Part shown: piece after piece, positions 37,347-47,518 of the stretch | Layout: each line of letters starts with the position of its first letter | Numbering within the stretch: position 1 is the stretch's first letter | Assembly: GCA_045807245.1 (NCBI GenBank) | Contig: JBJMHS010000009.1 | Location: 1 to 55,381, forward strand | DNA from: Actinomycetales bacterium | Lineage (GTDB): Bacteria; Actinomycetota; Actinomycetes; Actinomycetales; CAVURS01 | Length of the DNA: 55,381 nucleotides | Direction of reading: 5' to 3' | Translations under genes and position numbers: made by a program | Notes under the pieces: model-generated | Told to the model about the DNA's origin: nothing | The model's input: the letters and a program-made list of their open reading frames with translations, nothing else | Databases searched by the model: none

Positions 37347-38309
37347 TCAGCCGATGGTGATGGCGTCCAGCAGCCGCTTGATGAAGTCCGACGCGCGCAC
37401 GGGCGGGTAGTCGTTGGCCTTGCCGATCGGCGGCTGCAGCGACTGCACCTCGGCGTCCCAGTCCGCTTCGTAGAAGTACACGAGCGAGACCAGGTCCTCG
37501 TCCGGGGCCTCCGCCTGAGGCGGCAGGACCCGGTGCCGGTTGGACTTCCACCGGTCGCCCGTCCAGCGGGCGAGCAGGTCCCCGGTGTTGATGGTGAACG
37601 CGTCCGGGTTGTACGGCGCGTCCTCCCAGTCGTCCTCCGGCGACCAGACCTGCAGGCCGCCCTTGCCCGGCTCGCGGTCCAGGACCGTGAACGTCCCGAA
37701 GTCCGTGTGCGGACCGATCCGGAACTGACCCGGCTGGGGCTCACCGACGACCGACGTCGGGGGGTACCAGTTGATGTTCATCGTGTGCGTGGAGTTCCGC
37801 GTCTTCGTCGTGAAGAATCCCGGATCCTGTTGCAGGGCCACCTCGCCCACGGCCAGCAGCGTCTCGGCCAGCTCACGCATCTGGGCCAGGTATCCGCTGA
37901 CGGCCTTCTCCATCGCCGGCACCTCGGCCGGCCAGACGTTGGCCGGGAACCAGAAGTCGTCGACCTCGGCGATGCCGGTCTTGTTCTCCGCACCGACGGC
38001 GAAGGACTCCTTCAGGTCGGGCGGTGTCTCGGTGCCCTCGGCGTACGCGTTCGCCTCGACGCCGGAGGGCAGCCATCCGCGGCCGCCGACCGTCACGGCG
38101 TAGCGCTGCTTGATCTCGCGCGGCAGGGCGAAGAACTCGCGCGCCGCGGATCTCACTGCCGCCCGGTCCTCGCGGCTGACTCCGTGGCCGGTGACCAGGA
38201 AGAAGCCGACCGACTGGAGCGCGGCGTCCATCTCGGCGGCTACCGCCGCTCTGCCGTCAGGGGTGCCCTGGAACCACGGGGCCAGATCGATGGTCGGAAC
38301 GCTGCCCAT
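37347..38309 (-). CDS. Isopenicillin N synthase-like 2OG-Fe(II) oxygenase
   Basis: VPTIDL, GFFLVTGHGV, PDLKESF, PHTDFGTFTVL, GGLQV, NTGDLL, HRV. Confidence 0.88.
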   Translation of the reverse strand: MGSVPTIDLAPWFQGTPDGRAAVAAEMDAALQSVGFFLVTGHGVSREDRAAVRSAAREFFALPREIKQRYAVTVGGRGWLPSGVEANAYAEGTETPPDLKESFAVGAENKTGIAEVDDFWFPANVWPAEVPAMEKAVSGYLAQMRELAETLLAVGEVALQQDPGFFTTKTRNSTHTMNINWYPPTSVVGEPQPGQFRIGPHTDFGTFTVLDREPGKGGLQVWSPEDDWEDAPYNPDAFTINTGDLLARWTGDRWKSNRHRVLPPQAEAPDEDLVSLVYFYEADWDAEVQSLQPPIGKANDYPPVRASDFIKRLLDAITIG

Positions 38310-38387
38310 GCCCGGACCCTAGGCCCGCGCGGGCGGTGAGACCAGAGGCTCGGCGGTGTCGTCGTTGCCGACCGTCAGTAACGGTCG

Positions 38388-38780
38388 TCAGTAGCGGTCG
38401 TCGCCGGCGACGTACCGGCGTTCGCGGCCGTCGTCGGCCGGCACCACGTGGGCCGTCCGGCCGTCGCCCGTCGGGTCGCCGTCGCGAACGTCGACGTCCC
38501 GGTGCAGGCCGACGTCGGCGTCGCGGCCGGTGTCGGTCTCGCGCAGCTGTCTGAGCTCGCGCCGCCGTTCGCGAGCCCTGCGCGCCGCTCGGCGGAACGC
38601 CGCGAGGGCGATCACCAGGGCCAGCATGGTGGCCGCGCCGGCGCAGAACACCCACAGCGCGGTCGTGGTGGCGTCCACGCCGAAGCCGCTGAGGTGGACG
38701 TCCACGTTGCGCGTGGTGTCGACGGCGGCCACGGCCGCGAGAGCGGCCAGGACCAGGAACACGGCGCCGATGACGATCAC
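38388..38780 (-). CDS. Hypothetical membrane protein (two TMs, charged tail)
   Basis: GGAGG RBS before GTG; two hydrophobic segments followed by an Arg-rich and then Asp-rich tail. Confidence 0.65.
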   Translation of the reverse strand: MIVIGAVFLVLAALAAVAAVDTTRNVDVHLSGFGVDATTTALWVFCAGAATMLALVIALAAFRRAARRARERRRELRQLRETDTGRDADVGLHRDVDVRDGDPTGDGRTAHVVPADDGRERRYVAGDDRY

Positions 38781-38996
38781 GGTTACCTCCGAGGAGTGCG
38801 TTGCCCTGACGACGCTAGTAGCGTCCGGCTGCCAAGGCGCGCCGAGCGCCAGTCGAACCGGGGCACAACGACCAAATCGTAGCCACCGGCGAGGAGTGAG
38901 GCGGAGGCTGCCGCCATCCGGCTGAAAGGCTGTGGCGACAATGGGTCGCGCGCGACACACTGCGCGGGGGTCGAGGGGACGGAAAGGGGCGTGCGC

Positions 38997-39341
38997 GTGG
39001 AGCTCAGGATCGGTACCCGCGAGGACGAGGGGCGCACCGTGGTTGCCATCTCGGGCGAGATCGACGTCTACACCGCACCGACGCTGCGCGACCACCTGAG
39101 CCAGCTGGTCGCGGACGGCAAGTACGAGCTGGTGCTCGATCTTGAAGAGGTGGCGTTCCTCGACTCGACCGGCCTGGGCGTGCTGGTGGGCGGGCTCAAG
39201 CGAGTGCGCGCGCACGACGGCTCGCTCTCCCTCGTCTGCACGCAGGAGCGGATCCTCAAGGTGTTTCGCATCACAGGCCTGACCAAGGTCTTCCGCATCC
39301 ACCCCTCGGTGCCTGACGCTCTGGGGGCGGAGCCGGCCTGA
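38997..39341 (+). CDS. bldG: STAS anti-sigma factor antagonist (BldG-like)
   Basis: [52 protein letters not shown]; upstream of hppA. Confidence 0.88.
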   Translation: MELRIGTREDEGRTVVAISGEIDVYTAPTLRDHLSQLVADGKYELVLDLEEVAFLDSTGLGVLVGGLKRVRAHDGSLSLVCTQERILKVFRITGLTKVFRIHPSVPDALGAEPA

Positions 39342-39444
39342 GCCTTGGTAGGCTCCCGGCGCGGTTCGTTCCGCATACGCGTTCTTCGTGCGCCCTTCGG
39401 CGCGCCGTGGGACGAATCCGTCACCGTTTCGTCGAGGAGGACGA

Positions 39445-41832
39445 ATGCTCGGGCTGCCCCTCGCCCCCAACCTGCCCGCCGCTGAGACGGGCGTCACGTT
39501 GACCGGCTCCAACCTCATGTATGTGGTCGTGGTGGCTGTCATCGCCGTTCTCGGGCTAGGAGTGTCGGCGTACTTCCGCACCCAGGTGCTCGCTGCGGGC
39601 GAAGGCACCGACAAGATGAAGGACATCGCGGCGGCGGTGCAGGAGGGCGCAAACGCTTACCTCAACCGGCAGTTCAAGACCCTCAGCGTCTTCGTCGTCC
39701 TTGTCTTCGCGCTGCTGTTCGCCCTACCGGCTGACACGGCGTCCGTACGCGTCGGGCGTTCCCTCTTCTTCATCGTGGGTGCGGTCTTCTCGGCCTCCAT
39801 CGGTCGGCTCGGTATGTCCACGGCCGTCCGGGCCAACGTCCGCGTTGCGGCCGCCGCACGCGAGCCGAACGGCAGGGACGCGGGCATGCAGGTCGCGTTC
39901 CGCACCGGCGGTGTCGTCGGTATGGCGACCGTCGGCCTCGGTCTCCTCGGCGCCTCGGTCGTCGTCCTGATCTACAAGGGCGACGCGCCAAAGGTGTTGG
40001 AGGGCTTCGGTTTCGGCGCTGCTCTGCTCGCGATGTTCATGCGTGTCGGCGGCGGCATCTTCACCAAGGCCGCCGACGTCGGCGCCGACCTGGTCGGCAA
40101 GGTCGAGCAGCACATCCCCGAGGACGACCCGCGCAACGCGGCCACCATCGCGGACAACGTCGGAGACAACGTCGGCGACTGCGCCGGCATGGCGGCGGAC
40201 CTCTTCGAGTCGTACGCCGTGACGCTGGTCGCGGCGCTGATCCTCGGCAAGGCGGCCTTCGGCAACTACGGCCTGGTCTTCCCGCTGATCGTGCCCGCCA
40301 TCGGCGCGCTCACCGCCGTCCTCGGCGTCTACATCGTGCGCCCACGTGAGGGTGAGAGTGGTCTGGTCGCCATCAACCGCGGCTTCTACATCTCCGCGGC
40401 CGTGTCCGCGATCCTCTGCGCGGTCGCAGCGTTCGCCTACCTGCCCGGCAAGGTCTCGGACCTCACGGGCGTCGACCTGAGCCAGGGCAGTGACCTCGGG
40501 ACGATCGCCAACAAGGACCCGCGCGTCCTGGCGACGCTCGCCGTTCTGCTCGGCATCGTGCTGGCGTCGATCATCCTGTGGTTGACGGGTCACTTCACGG
40601 GCACCGACAAGCGACCGACGAAGGACGTCGCCCGCACCTCGCTGACTGGCGCCGCGACCGTCGTACTGTCCGGCATCGGTGTCGGTTTCGAGTCGGCCGT
40701 CTACACCGCGGTCATCATCGGCGCCGCGGTCTACGCCGCATTCCTGCTCGGTGGCGGTTCGATCGCCATGGCGCTGTTCCTCATCGCCCTGGCCGGCTGT
40801 GGGCTGCTCACCACGGTCGGGGTCATCGTCGCCATGGACACGTTCGGTCCGGTCAGTGACAACGCGCAGGGCATCGCCGAGATGTCCGGCGACGTCGACG
40901 AGAACGGCGCGCAGATCCTCACCGAGCTGGACGCGGTCGGCAACACGACCAAGGCCATCACGAAAGGCATCGCGATCGCCACGGCCGTCCTCGCGGCCAC
41001 CGCGCTCTTCGGCTCCTACCAGGACGCCGTGACCGAGCAGCTCGACAAGACCAAGCTCACGGAAGCCCCGTCGCGCTTCGTGCAGTCCATGTTCGACTAC
41101 CGGATCATCACGCCGAGCACGCTGGTCGGTCTGCTCCTCGGTGCCGCTGTCGTGTTCCTGTTCGCCGGCCTGGCGATCAACGCGGTGACCCGTGCCGCGG
41201 GTGCGATCGTGTTCGAGGTCCGGCGGCAGTTCCGCGACATCCCCGGAATCATGGAGGGCACGGCCCGGCCGGAGTACGGCAAGGTCGTCGACATCTGCAC
41301 GCGCGACTCGTTGCGCGAGCTGGCCACGCCCGGGCTGCTGGCCGCGCTGGCGCCGGTTGCTGTCGGCTTCGGCCTCGGCATCGCCCCGCTCGCCGGGTAC
41401 CTGGCCGGTGCGATCGGCGCGGGCACGCTGATGGCCGTGTTCCTCGCGAACTCCGGTGGGGCCTGGGACAACGCCAAGAAGATCGTCGAGGACGGCACCT
41501 ACGGCGGCAAGGGCTCTCCCGCGCACGCCGCGACCGTTATCGGCGACACCGTGGGCGACCCGTTCAAGGACACTGCCGGTCCGGCCATCAACCCGCTGAT
41601 CAAGGTGATGAACCTGGTCTCGGTGCTGATCGCTCCGGCCATCGTGGCCCTGACCGTCGGCGAGCATGCGAACACCGCCCTGCGTTACCTGATCGCGGGC
41701 ATCGCGCTGGTCATCATCATCGGTGCGGTGAGCGTGTCCAAGGCGCGGAGCATCTCGATCGGCGACGACGAGGGTGAGGGTGCGGCACCGTCCGCTCCAG
41801 CGCCCGAGCCGACGTCGGTGTCCAACGGCTGA
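39445..41832 (+). CDS. hppA: Membrane-bound proton-translocating pyrophosphatase (K+-independent type)
   Basis: DVGADLVGKVE, EDDPRN, DNVGDNVGD, GNTTKAITKG (Lys/Thr signature of the K+-independent type), GDTVGDPFKDT; GAGGAGG RBS. Confidence 0.95.
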   Translation: MLGLPLAPNLPAAETGVTLTGSNLMYVVVVAVIAVLGLGVSAYFRTQVLAAGEGTDKMKDIAAAVQEGANAYLNRQFKTLSVFVVLVFALLFALPADTASVRVGRSLFFIVGAVFSASIGRLGMSTAVRANVRVAAAAREPNGRDAGMQVAFRTGGVVGMATVGLGLLGASVVVLIYKGDAPKVLEGFGFGAALLAMFMRVGGGIFTKAADVGADLVGKVEQHIPEDDPRNAATIADNVGDNVGDCAGMAADLFESYAVTLVAALILGKAAFGNYGLVFPLIVPAIGALTAVLGVYIVRPREGESGLVAINRGFYISAAVSAILCAVAAFAYLPGKVSDLTGVDLSQGSDLGTIANKDPRVLATLAVLLGIVLASIILWLTGHFTGTDKRPTKDVARTSLTGAATVVLSGIGVGFESAVYTAVIIGAAVYAAFLLGGGSIAMALFLIALAGCGLLTTVGVIVAMDTFGPVSDNAQGIAEMSGDVDENGAQILTELDAVGNTTKAITKGIAIATAVLAATALFGSYQDAVTEQLDKTKLTEAPSRFVQSMFDYRIITPSTLVGLLLGAAVVFLFAGLAINAVTRAAGAIVFEVRRQFRDIPGIMEGTARPEYGKVVDICTRDSLRELATPGLLAALAPVAVGFGLGIAPLAGYLAGAIGAGTLMAVFLANSGGAWDNAKKIVEDGTYGGKGSPAHAATVIGDTVGDPFKDTAGPAINPLIKVMNLVSVLIAPAIVALTVGEHANTALRYLIAGIALVIIIGAVSVSKARSISIGDDEGEGAAPSAPAPEPTSVSNG

Positions 41833-41891
41833 CCGGACCGAGCTGCCGCCTCCGCCGGCCGACCTGACGGCGGACTCGAGGGTGAGTCCGT

Positions 41892-41969
41892 GTGCCGACG
41901 GACTGGCACAACCTCGTCCCGCACGGCGTGTCGCGGTCGGAGTCGCGCGTTGTGCATGTCCGTCGGATC
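41892..41969. repeat. Palindromic intergenic repeat, copy 2
   Basis: CCGACGGAC/GTCCGTCGG and GCACAAC/GTTGTGC arms; shares GTGCCGACGGACWGGC with copy 1 at 5553. Confidence 0.6.
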
Positions 41970-42150
41970 GGAGCTGGACCGGAGTCGCCCCGGAACACCC
42001 GGCCGGCGGTGTGGCGTTCGCCACGCTGGGTGACCTCCGGTAGCCTCCGCGCGGCGGCGGCGGGTTACCGTCGAGCGCGGACAAGGGGCTCCAGGCCCGG
42101 GCGATGACCGCTCGGGTGACTCTCATCTGGGTACAGAGGAAGGCAGGCAC

Positions 42151-44874
42151 GTGGCAGCCAAGGACGGCGCGCGACGGCTCGTGATCGTGGAGTCGCCGGC
42201 GAAGGCGCGGACGATCGCCGGCTATCTGGGCGACGGCTACGACGTCGAGGCCAGCGTCGGCCACATCCGTGACCTGCCGAACCCGAGCGAGCTGCCGGCC
42301 GACATGAAGAAGGGTCCGTACGGGCGCTTCGCCGTCGACGTGGACAACGGCTTCGACCCCTACTACGTCGTCGACCCGGACAAGAAGAAGAAGGTGGCCG
42401 ATCTGCGGCGCCGGCTCAAGGACGCCGACGAGCTGTACCTCGCGACGGACGAGGACCGGGAGGGTGAGGCCATCGCCTGGCACCTGCGCGAGGTCCTCAA
42501 GCCGACCGTCCCCGTCCGGCGCATGGTCTTCCACGAGATCACCCCGGAGGCCATCCGGGCGGCGGTGAACCAGACCCGCGACATCGACAGCGCGCTCGTC
42601 GACGCCCAGGAGACCCGGCGCATCCTCGACCGTCTCTACGGCTACGAGGTCAGCCCGGTGCTCTGGCGCAAGGTCCGTCAAGGCCTCAGCGCCGGCCGCG
42701 TGCAGTCCGTGGCGACCCGCCTCGTCGTGGAACGCGAGCGCGAACGCATGGCCTTCCGGGCCGCGTCCTACTGGGACGTCGTGGCCGAGGTCGCTCCCCA
42801 AGGGGACCCGGGCTCGGCGTTCATGTCCCGGCTGGTCGCGGTCGACGGCAGCCGCGTCGCGACCGGCCGCGACTTCGACGACAGCGGCCGGCTCCGGACC
42901 GCCGACCTGGTCCATCTCGACCAAGCGGCGGCAACCACCGTCGCTGCCGGCATCGAGGCCGCGGACGTCACCGTGCGGTCGGTGCAGGAGAAGCCGTACA
43001 CCCGCCGGCCGGCGGCGCCGTTCACCACGTCGACGCTGCAGCAGGAGGCGAGCCGCAAGCTGCGCTTCTCGAGCAAGCACGCCATGAGCGTGGCGCAGCG
43101 GCTGTACGAGAACGGCTACATCACCTACATGCGCACCGACTCGACGACCTTGTCCGAGGCCGCGCTCGGTGCCGCGCGGAGCCAGGCCCGCGAGCTGTAC
43201 GGCGACAACTACGTTCCCGACGCGCCGCGCCGCTACGAGCGCAAGGTCAAGAACGCGCAGGAGGCGCACGAGGCGATCCGGCCCGCGGGTGACCGGTTCC
43301 GCACGCCGGCCCAGGTCTCCAGTGAGCTGCGGGGCGAGGAGTTCGCGCTCTACGAGCTGATCTGGAAGCGGACCGTTGCGTCACAGATGGCCGACGCGTC
43401 CGGCTCGACGGCGACCCTGCGACTCGGTGCGCTGATGGCGGACGGCCGGGATGCGGAGCTCTCGGCGTCCGGGACGGTCATCACGTTCCGCGGTTTCCTG
43501 GCCGCGTACGAGGAAGGGCGCGACGAGGGACGTGACGACGAGCAGGCCAGCGACCGGCGGCTGCCGCAGCTCGCGGTCGGCGACGCGGTCGACACGCTGA
43601 ACGTCGCACCCGACGGCCACGAGACCAGCCCGCTTCCGCGCTTCACCGAGGCCACCCTGGTCAAAGCGTTGGAGGAGAGGGGGATCGGCCGCCCGTCGAC
43701 GTACGCCGCAACGATCGGGACGATCGTCGACCGCGGCTATGTACGACGTCGAGGCTCGGCCCTGGTGCCCACCTGGCTGGCCTTCGCCGTCACGCGGTTG
43801 CTGGAGCGACACTTCCCCCGGCTGGTCGACTACGACTTCACGGCGGGCATGGAGGAGGACCTCGACCGCATCGCCGGGGGTGAGGAGAACCGGGTCCAGT
43901 GGCTGCACCGGTTCTACTTCGGCAACGGTGGGGACGTGGGATCGATCGACGGCGAAGGGCTGCGCAGCCTGGTCGAGGATCTGGGTGAGATCGACGCGCG
44001 CGACATCTCGACGGTGCCGCTCGGCGAAGGGCTGGTGCTGCGGGTCGGCCGCTACGGGCCGTACGTCGAGGCCGCAACGCCGGTCGAGGGCGAAGAGCCC
44101 CGTCGCGCAACGGTTCCCGACGAGATCGCACCGGACGAGCTCACTCCGGACAAGGCCCGCGAGCTGCTGGCCGCCAGTGCCGATGACGGTCGCGTGCTCG
44201 GCACGGACCCGGCGAACGGCCGCGAGATCATCGCGAGGTCTGGTCGCTACGGACCCTATGTGACCGAGGTGCTGCCCGAGGCGTCCGAGGACGCCGATGA
44301 CGCCAAGGGCAAGAAGAAGAAGACCGACAAGCCCCGCACGGCGAGCCTTTTCGCCACGATGGCTCTCGACACCGTGACGCTGGAGGAGGCGCTGCGGTTG
44401 CTCTCGCTCCCGCGCGTAGTCGGAGCGGACCCCGAGTCCGGTGAGGAGATCACGGCTCAGAACGGACGCTACGGGCCGTACCTGCGCAAGGGCACCGACT
44501 CGCGGTCCCTCGAGAGCGAGGAGCAGCTGTTCACGGTCACGTTGGACGAGGCGTTGGCGCTGTACGCACAGCCGAAGCGGCGGGGCCGGCAGGCGGCTGC
44601 GCCCCTGGCCGAGCTGGGCAACGACCCGGTGTCCGGCAAGCCGGTCGTCGTCAAGGACGGCCGGTTCGGGCCGTACGTCACCGACGGCGAGACCAACGCC
44701 ACGCTGCGCAAGAGCGACGAGCCCGACTCCGTCACGCTCGAGCGGGCGGCCGAGCTGTTGGCCGAGAAGCGGGCCAAGGGCCCGAGCCCGCGCGGCCGGG
44801 CGACCAAGAAGACCGCGAAGAAGGCACCGGCCAAGAGGGCTGCGAAGAAGACGGCCAAGAAGGCCGCCCGCTAG
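42151..44874 (+). CDS. topA: DNA topoisomerase I
   Basis: LVIVESPAKA, ATDEDREGE, SAGRVQS, GYITYMRTDS, Topo_C GRYGPY repeats, Lys/Ala-rich tail. Confidence 0.98.
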   Translation: MAAKDGARRLVIVESPAKARTIAGYLGDGYDVEASVGHIRDLPNPSELPADMKKGPYGRFAVDVDNGFDPYYVVDPDKKKKVADLRRRLKDADELYLATDEDREGEAIAWHLREVLKPTVPVRRMVFHEITPEAIRAAVNQTRDIDSALVDAQETRRILDRLYGYEVSPVLWRKVRQGLSAGRVQSVATRLVVERERERMAFRAASYWDVVAEVAPQGDPGSAFMSRLVAVDGSRVATGRDFDDSGRLRTADLVHLDQAAATTVAAGIEAADVTVRSVQEKPYTRRPAAPFTTSTLQQEASRKLRFSSKHAMSVAQRLYENGYITYMRTDSTTLSEAALGAARSQARELYGDNYVPDAPRRYERKVKNAQEAHEAIRPAGDRFRTPAQVSSELRGEEFALYELIWKRTVASQMADASGSTATLRLGALMADGRDAELSASGTVITFRGFLAAYEEGRDEGRDDEQASDRRLPQLAVGDAVDTLNVAPDGHETSPLPRFTEATLVKALEERGIGRPSTYAATIGTIVDRGYVRRRGSALVPTWLAFAVTRLLERHFPRLVDYDFTAGMEEDLDRIAGGEENRVQWLHRFYFGNGGDVGSIDGEGLRSLVEDLGEIDARDISTVPLGEGLVLRVGRYGPYVEAATPVEGEEPRRATVPDEIAPDELTPDKARELLAASADDGRVLGTDPANGREIIARSGRYGPYVTEVLPEASEDADDAKGKKKKTDKPRTASLFATMALDTVTLEEALRLLSLPRVVGADPESGEEITAQNGRYGPYLRKGTDSRSLESEEQLFTVTLDEALALYAQPKRRGRQAAAPLAELGNDPVSGKPVVVKDGRFGPYVTDGETNATLRKSDEPDSVTLERAAELLAEKRAKGPSPRGRATKKTAKKAPAKRAAKKTAKKAAR

Positions 44875-44914
44875 AGCCCGGCCAGGGTCAGAGGACGCAA
44901 GTACCCTGACGGAC

Positions 44915-47518
44915 ATGGCGAGCGACCCGGAGACGCAGCCGGGCGGGCGGGCCGACCCGTTCGCCGCGGCCGTCGACGACGAGACGCCAGACCCCGACGC
45001 GCGCGCAGTCCTCGCCATCACGCCGTTCCGCCGCCTGTGGCTGGCGCTCGGCTTCTCCAGCTTCGGGGACTGGCTCGGTCTGTTGGCCATCACCGCCCTG
45101 GCCGACTACCTGGCCCGCGGCAACACCAACCGCGAGTACCTGGCGGTCGCCGGCGTCTTCGTCCTGCGCCTGGCGCCGGCGGTCGTGCTCGGCCCGCTGG
45201 CTGGCGCCCTCGCGGACCGCATCTCGCGCCGCTGGGTCCTGGTGTACGGCGACGTGCTGCGGTTCGCCGTCATGGCCACGATCCCCTTCGTCGGCACGCT
45301 GTGGTGGCTGTACGTCGCGACCGTGCTGATCGAGTGCATCGGGTTGTTCTGGCTCCCGGCCAAGGACGCCACGATGCCGAACCTCGTGCCGCGCAAGCGC
45401 CTGGAGGCGGCCAACCAGCTCAGTCTGGTCGCGACGTACGGGACGGCACCGGTCGCGGCGCTCGCCTTCTCGGGCATCGCTCTGCTCAACGAGGTGCTGC
45501 GCCATGCCTACCCCGACCTCGGGCTGGACGCCAAGGGCGCCTACATCGGCATCTGGCTCGACGCGCTGAGCTATCTGGTGTCCGGTCTGGTCATCTGGCG
45601 GCTCGCCTTCCCGAAGTCGGTCTCGCACATCGCTGCGGAACAGCCGCTCTGGCGGTCGGTCCTCGAGGGCTGGCGGTTCATCGGCAACACGCCACTCATC
45701 CGCGGGCTGGTCCTGGGCATGCTCGGCGCCTTCTCCGCCGGCGGTCTGGTGATCGGGCTGGGGCAGCGGTTCGCGAACGACGTCGGCGCCGGGCCCGCGG
45801 GCTACGGCGTCCTGTTCGCCGCGGTGTTCATCGGCCTGGCGACCGGCATGTGGGTCGGCCCGCGGCTGCTGGTCGGGCTGTCGCGGCACCGCTTGTTCGG
45901 CCTGTCGCTCGTGGCGGCCGGCCTGTGGCTCATGGTCCTGTCGCTCGTGCCGAACGTCGTCGTGGCGACGTTCTCGACCATCGCGCTCGGGTCCTGCGGT
46001 GGCGTCGCCTGGGTGAGCGGGTACACCTTGCTCGGTCTCGAGGTCGACGACGAGGTGCGGGGGCGCACGTTCAGCTTCGTGCAGTCCCTGGTGCGCGTCG
46101 TCCTGATCACGGTGCTGGCGATCGGGCCTGCGCTGGCTGCCTTGCTGGGCAAGGTCTTCGCCCTGCCACGTCGGTTGGACTTCAGCGACGACGTGACCTT
46201 GACGTACACGAGCGCGATGGCGACGTTCCTGATCGCTGGGTTCTTCGCCGTCGTGGTCGGCATCGTGGCCTACCGGCAGATGGACGACCGCAAGGGCATC
46301 TCCCTGTGGTCGGACCTGGCCCGGTCGCTGACCCGCTCCGGCGACCTGAGCGCACTCACGATGCCGCGTCGCCCCTACCCGGGGTTCTTCGTTGCTCTCG
46401 AGGGAGGTGACGGGGTCGGCAAGTCGACCCAGCAGACCCGCCTCGGCGAGTGGCTGGAAGGGCTCGGCCATCGCGTCGTGCTGACCCGCGAGCCAGGTGG
46501 CACGGAGGCCGGGCTCCAGCTGCGCGACATCGTCCTGCACGGCGGTCACCTCGCGCCACGGGCCGAGGCGCTGCTGTACGCCGCGGACCGGGCCCACCAT
46601 GTGGAAACCGTGATCCGGCCGGCCCTGCTGCGGGGCGACGTCGTCGTCACCGACCGGTACGTCGACTCCTCCGTCGCCTACCAGGGCGCCGGTCGGGACC
46701 TGGGCGCCGACGAGATCTCCAACCTCTCGCGCTGGGCGACCGGGGGGCTGGTGCCGGACCTCACCGTCGTCCTGGACCTCGCGGCCGACGAGGCCCAGAC
46801 GCGCGTGCGCCAGGTGGACCGCCCGGACCGGCTCGAGGCCGAGCCGGGGGAGTTCCACGAGCGGGTCCGTCAGCGGTACCTCGAGCTGGCTCGGTCTGCG
46901 CCTCGGCGCTACCTCGTGGTCAACGCGGCGTCCACCGCCGAGCACATCCAGGACCAGGTGCGGGCCCGGCTGACCGAGCTGCTGCCCGAGAGTAAGCGCC
47001 AACGCGAGGAGCGACTCGACCGCGAGCGACGCGACGCCGAGCGGCGTGCTCTGGAGGTGCAGCTGGCCGCAGCGGCCAAAGCCGAGGCCGAGGCCCGGGC
47101 GGCGGCCGCCAAGGCCGAGGCCGACGCGCGGGCCGCCGCGGCGAAGGCGGCCCAGGCGGCGCCCACCGAGCAGCTGCGTGTCGTACCGGAACCGGCCGCC
47201 GCGCCGGCCGCGACTGAACCGGCCGCCCCGCCGGCTGCCACTGAGCCGGCCGCCCCGCCGGCTGCCACTGAGCCGGCCGCCACTGAGCCGGCCGCGACAG
47301 AGCCGGCCGAGCCGTCCAGCGAGGCGCCGAGCGAGGCGCCGGGCGAGGCGACCCGTGAGCTGCCGATAGTGCTGCCCGACAGCGCCGACACTCAGGACAC
47401 CCAGCAGCTGCCCGCCGCAGGTGGGCCGCCGGAGGGCGACGGCTCGGCCGGGCAGGCCTTGGCCGAGGAGATCTTCGCGATCGGTGAGAGCGAGGACGAT
47501 GAGGTGCGCCGCCGGTGA
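44915..47518 (+). CDS. tmk: MFS permease-thymidylate kinase fusion with an acidic Pro/Ala-rich tail
   Basis: N-terminal MFS (FRRLWLALGFSSFGDWLG, GALADR); EGGDGVGKSTQ, TREPGGT, DRYVDSSVAYQG; TACCCT 7 nt before ATG. Confidence 0.9.
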   Translation: MASDPETQPGGRADPFAAAVDDETPDPDARAVLAITPFRRLWLALGFSSFGDWLGLLAITALADYLARGNTNREYLAVAGVFVLRLAPAVVLGPLAGALADRISRRWVLVYGDVLRFAVMATIPFVGTLWWLYVATVLIECIGLFWLPAKDATMPNLVPRKRLEAANQLSLVATYGTAPVAALAFSGIALLNEVLRHAYPDLGLDAKGAYIGIWLDALSYLVSGLVIWRLAFPKSVSHIAAEQPLWRSVLEGWRFIGNTPLIRGLVLGMLGAFSAGGLVIGLGQRFANDVGAGPAGYGVLFAAVFIGLATGMWVGPRLLVGLSRHRLFGLSLVAAGLWLMVLSLVPNVVVATFSTIALGSCGGVAWVSGYTLLGLEVDDEVRGRTFSFVQSLVRVVLITVLAIGPALAALLGKVFALPRRLDFSDDVTLTYTSAMATFLIAGFFAVVVGIVAYRQMDDRKGISLWSDLARSLTRSGDLSALTMPRRPYPGFFVALEGGDGVGKSTQQTRLGEWLEGLGHRVVLTREPGGTEAGLQLRDIVLHGGHLAPRAEALLYAADRAHHVETVIRPALLRGDVVVTDRYVDSSVAYQGAGRDLGADEISNLSRWATGGLVPDLTVVLDLAADEAQTRVRQVDRPDRLEAEPGEFHERVRQRYLELARSAPRRYLVVNAASTAEHIQDQVRARLTELLPESKRQREERLDRERRDAERRALEVQLAAAAKAEAEARAAAAKAEADARAAAAKAAQAAPTEQLRVVPEPAAAPAATEPAAPPAATEPAAPPAATEPAATEPAATEPAEPSSEAPSEAPGEATRELPIVLPDSADTQDTQQLPAAGGPPEGDGSAGQALAEEIFAIGESEDDEVRRR
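47189..47299 (+). repeat. In-frame tandem repeats (3 x 27 bp plus 2 x 15 bp) encoding EPAAPPAAT / EPAAT
   Basis: GARCCGGCCGCCSCGCCGGCYGCSACT units read directly from the sequence. Confidence 0.85.

Noticed and set aside
39724..43269. 1181-aa minus-strand ORF
   Set aside because: Antisense shadow of hppA and topA, caused by high GC3 and few stop codons; no recognisable motifs
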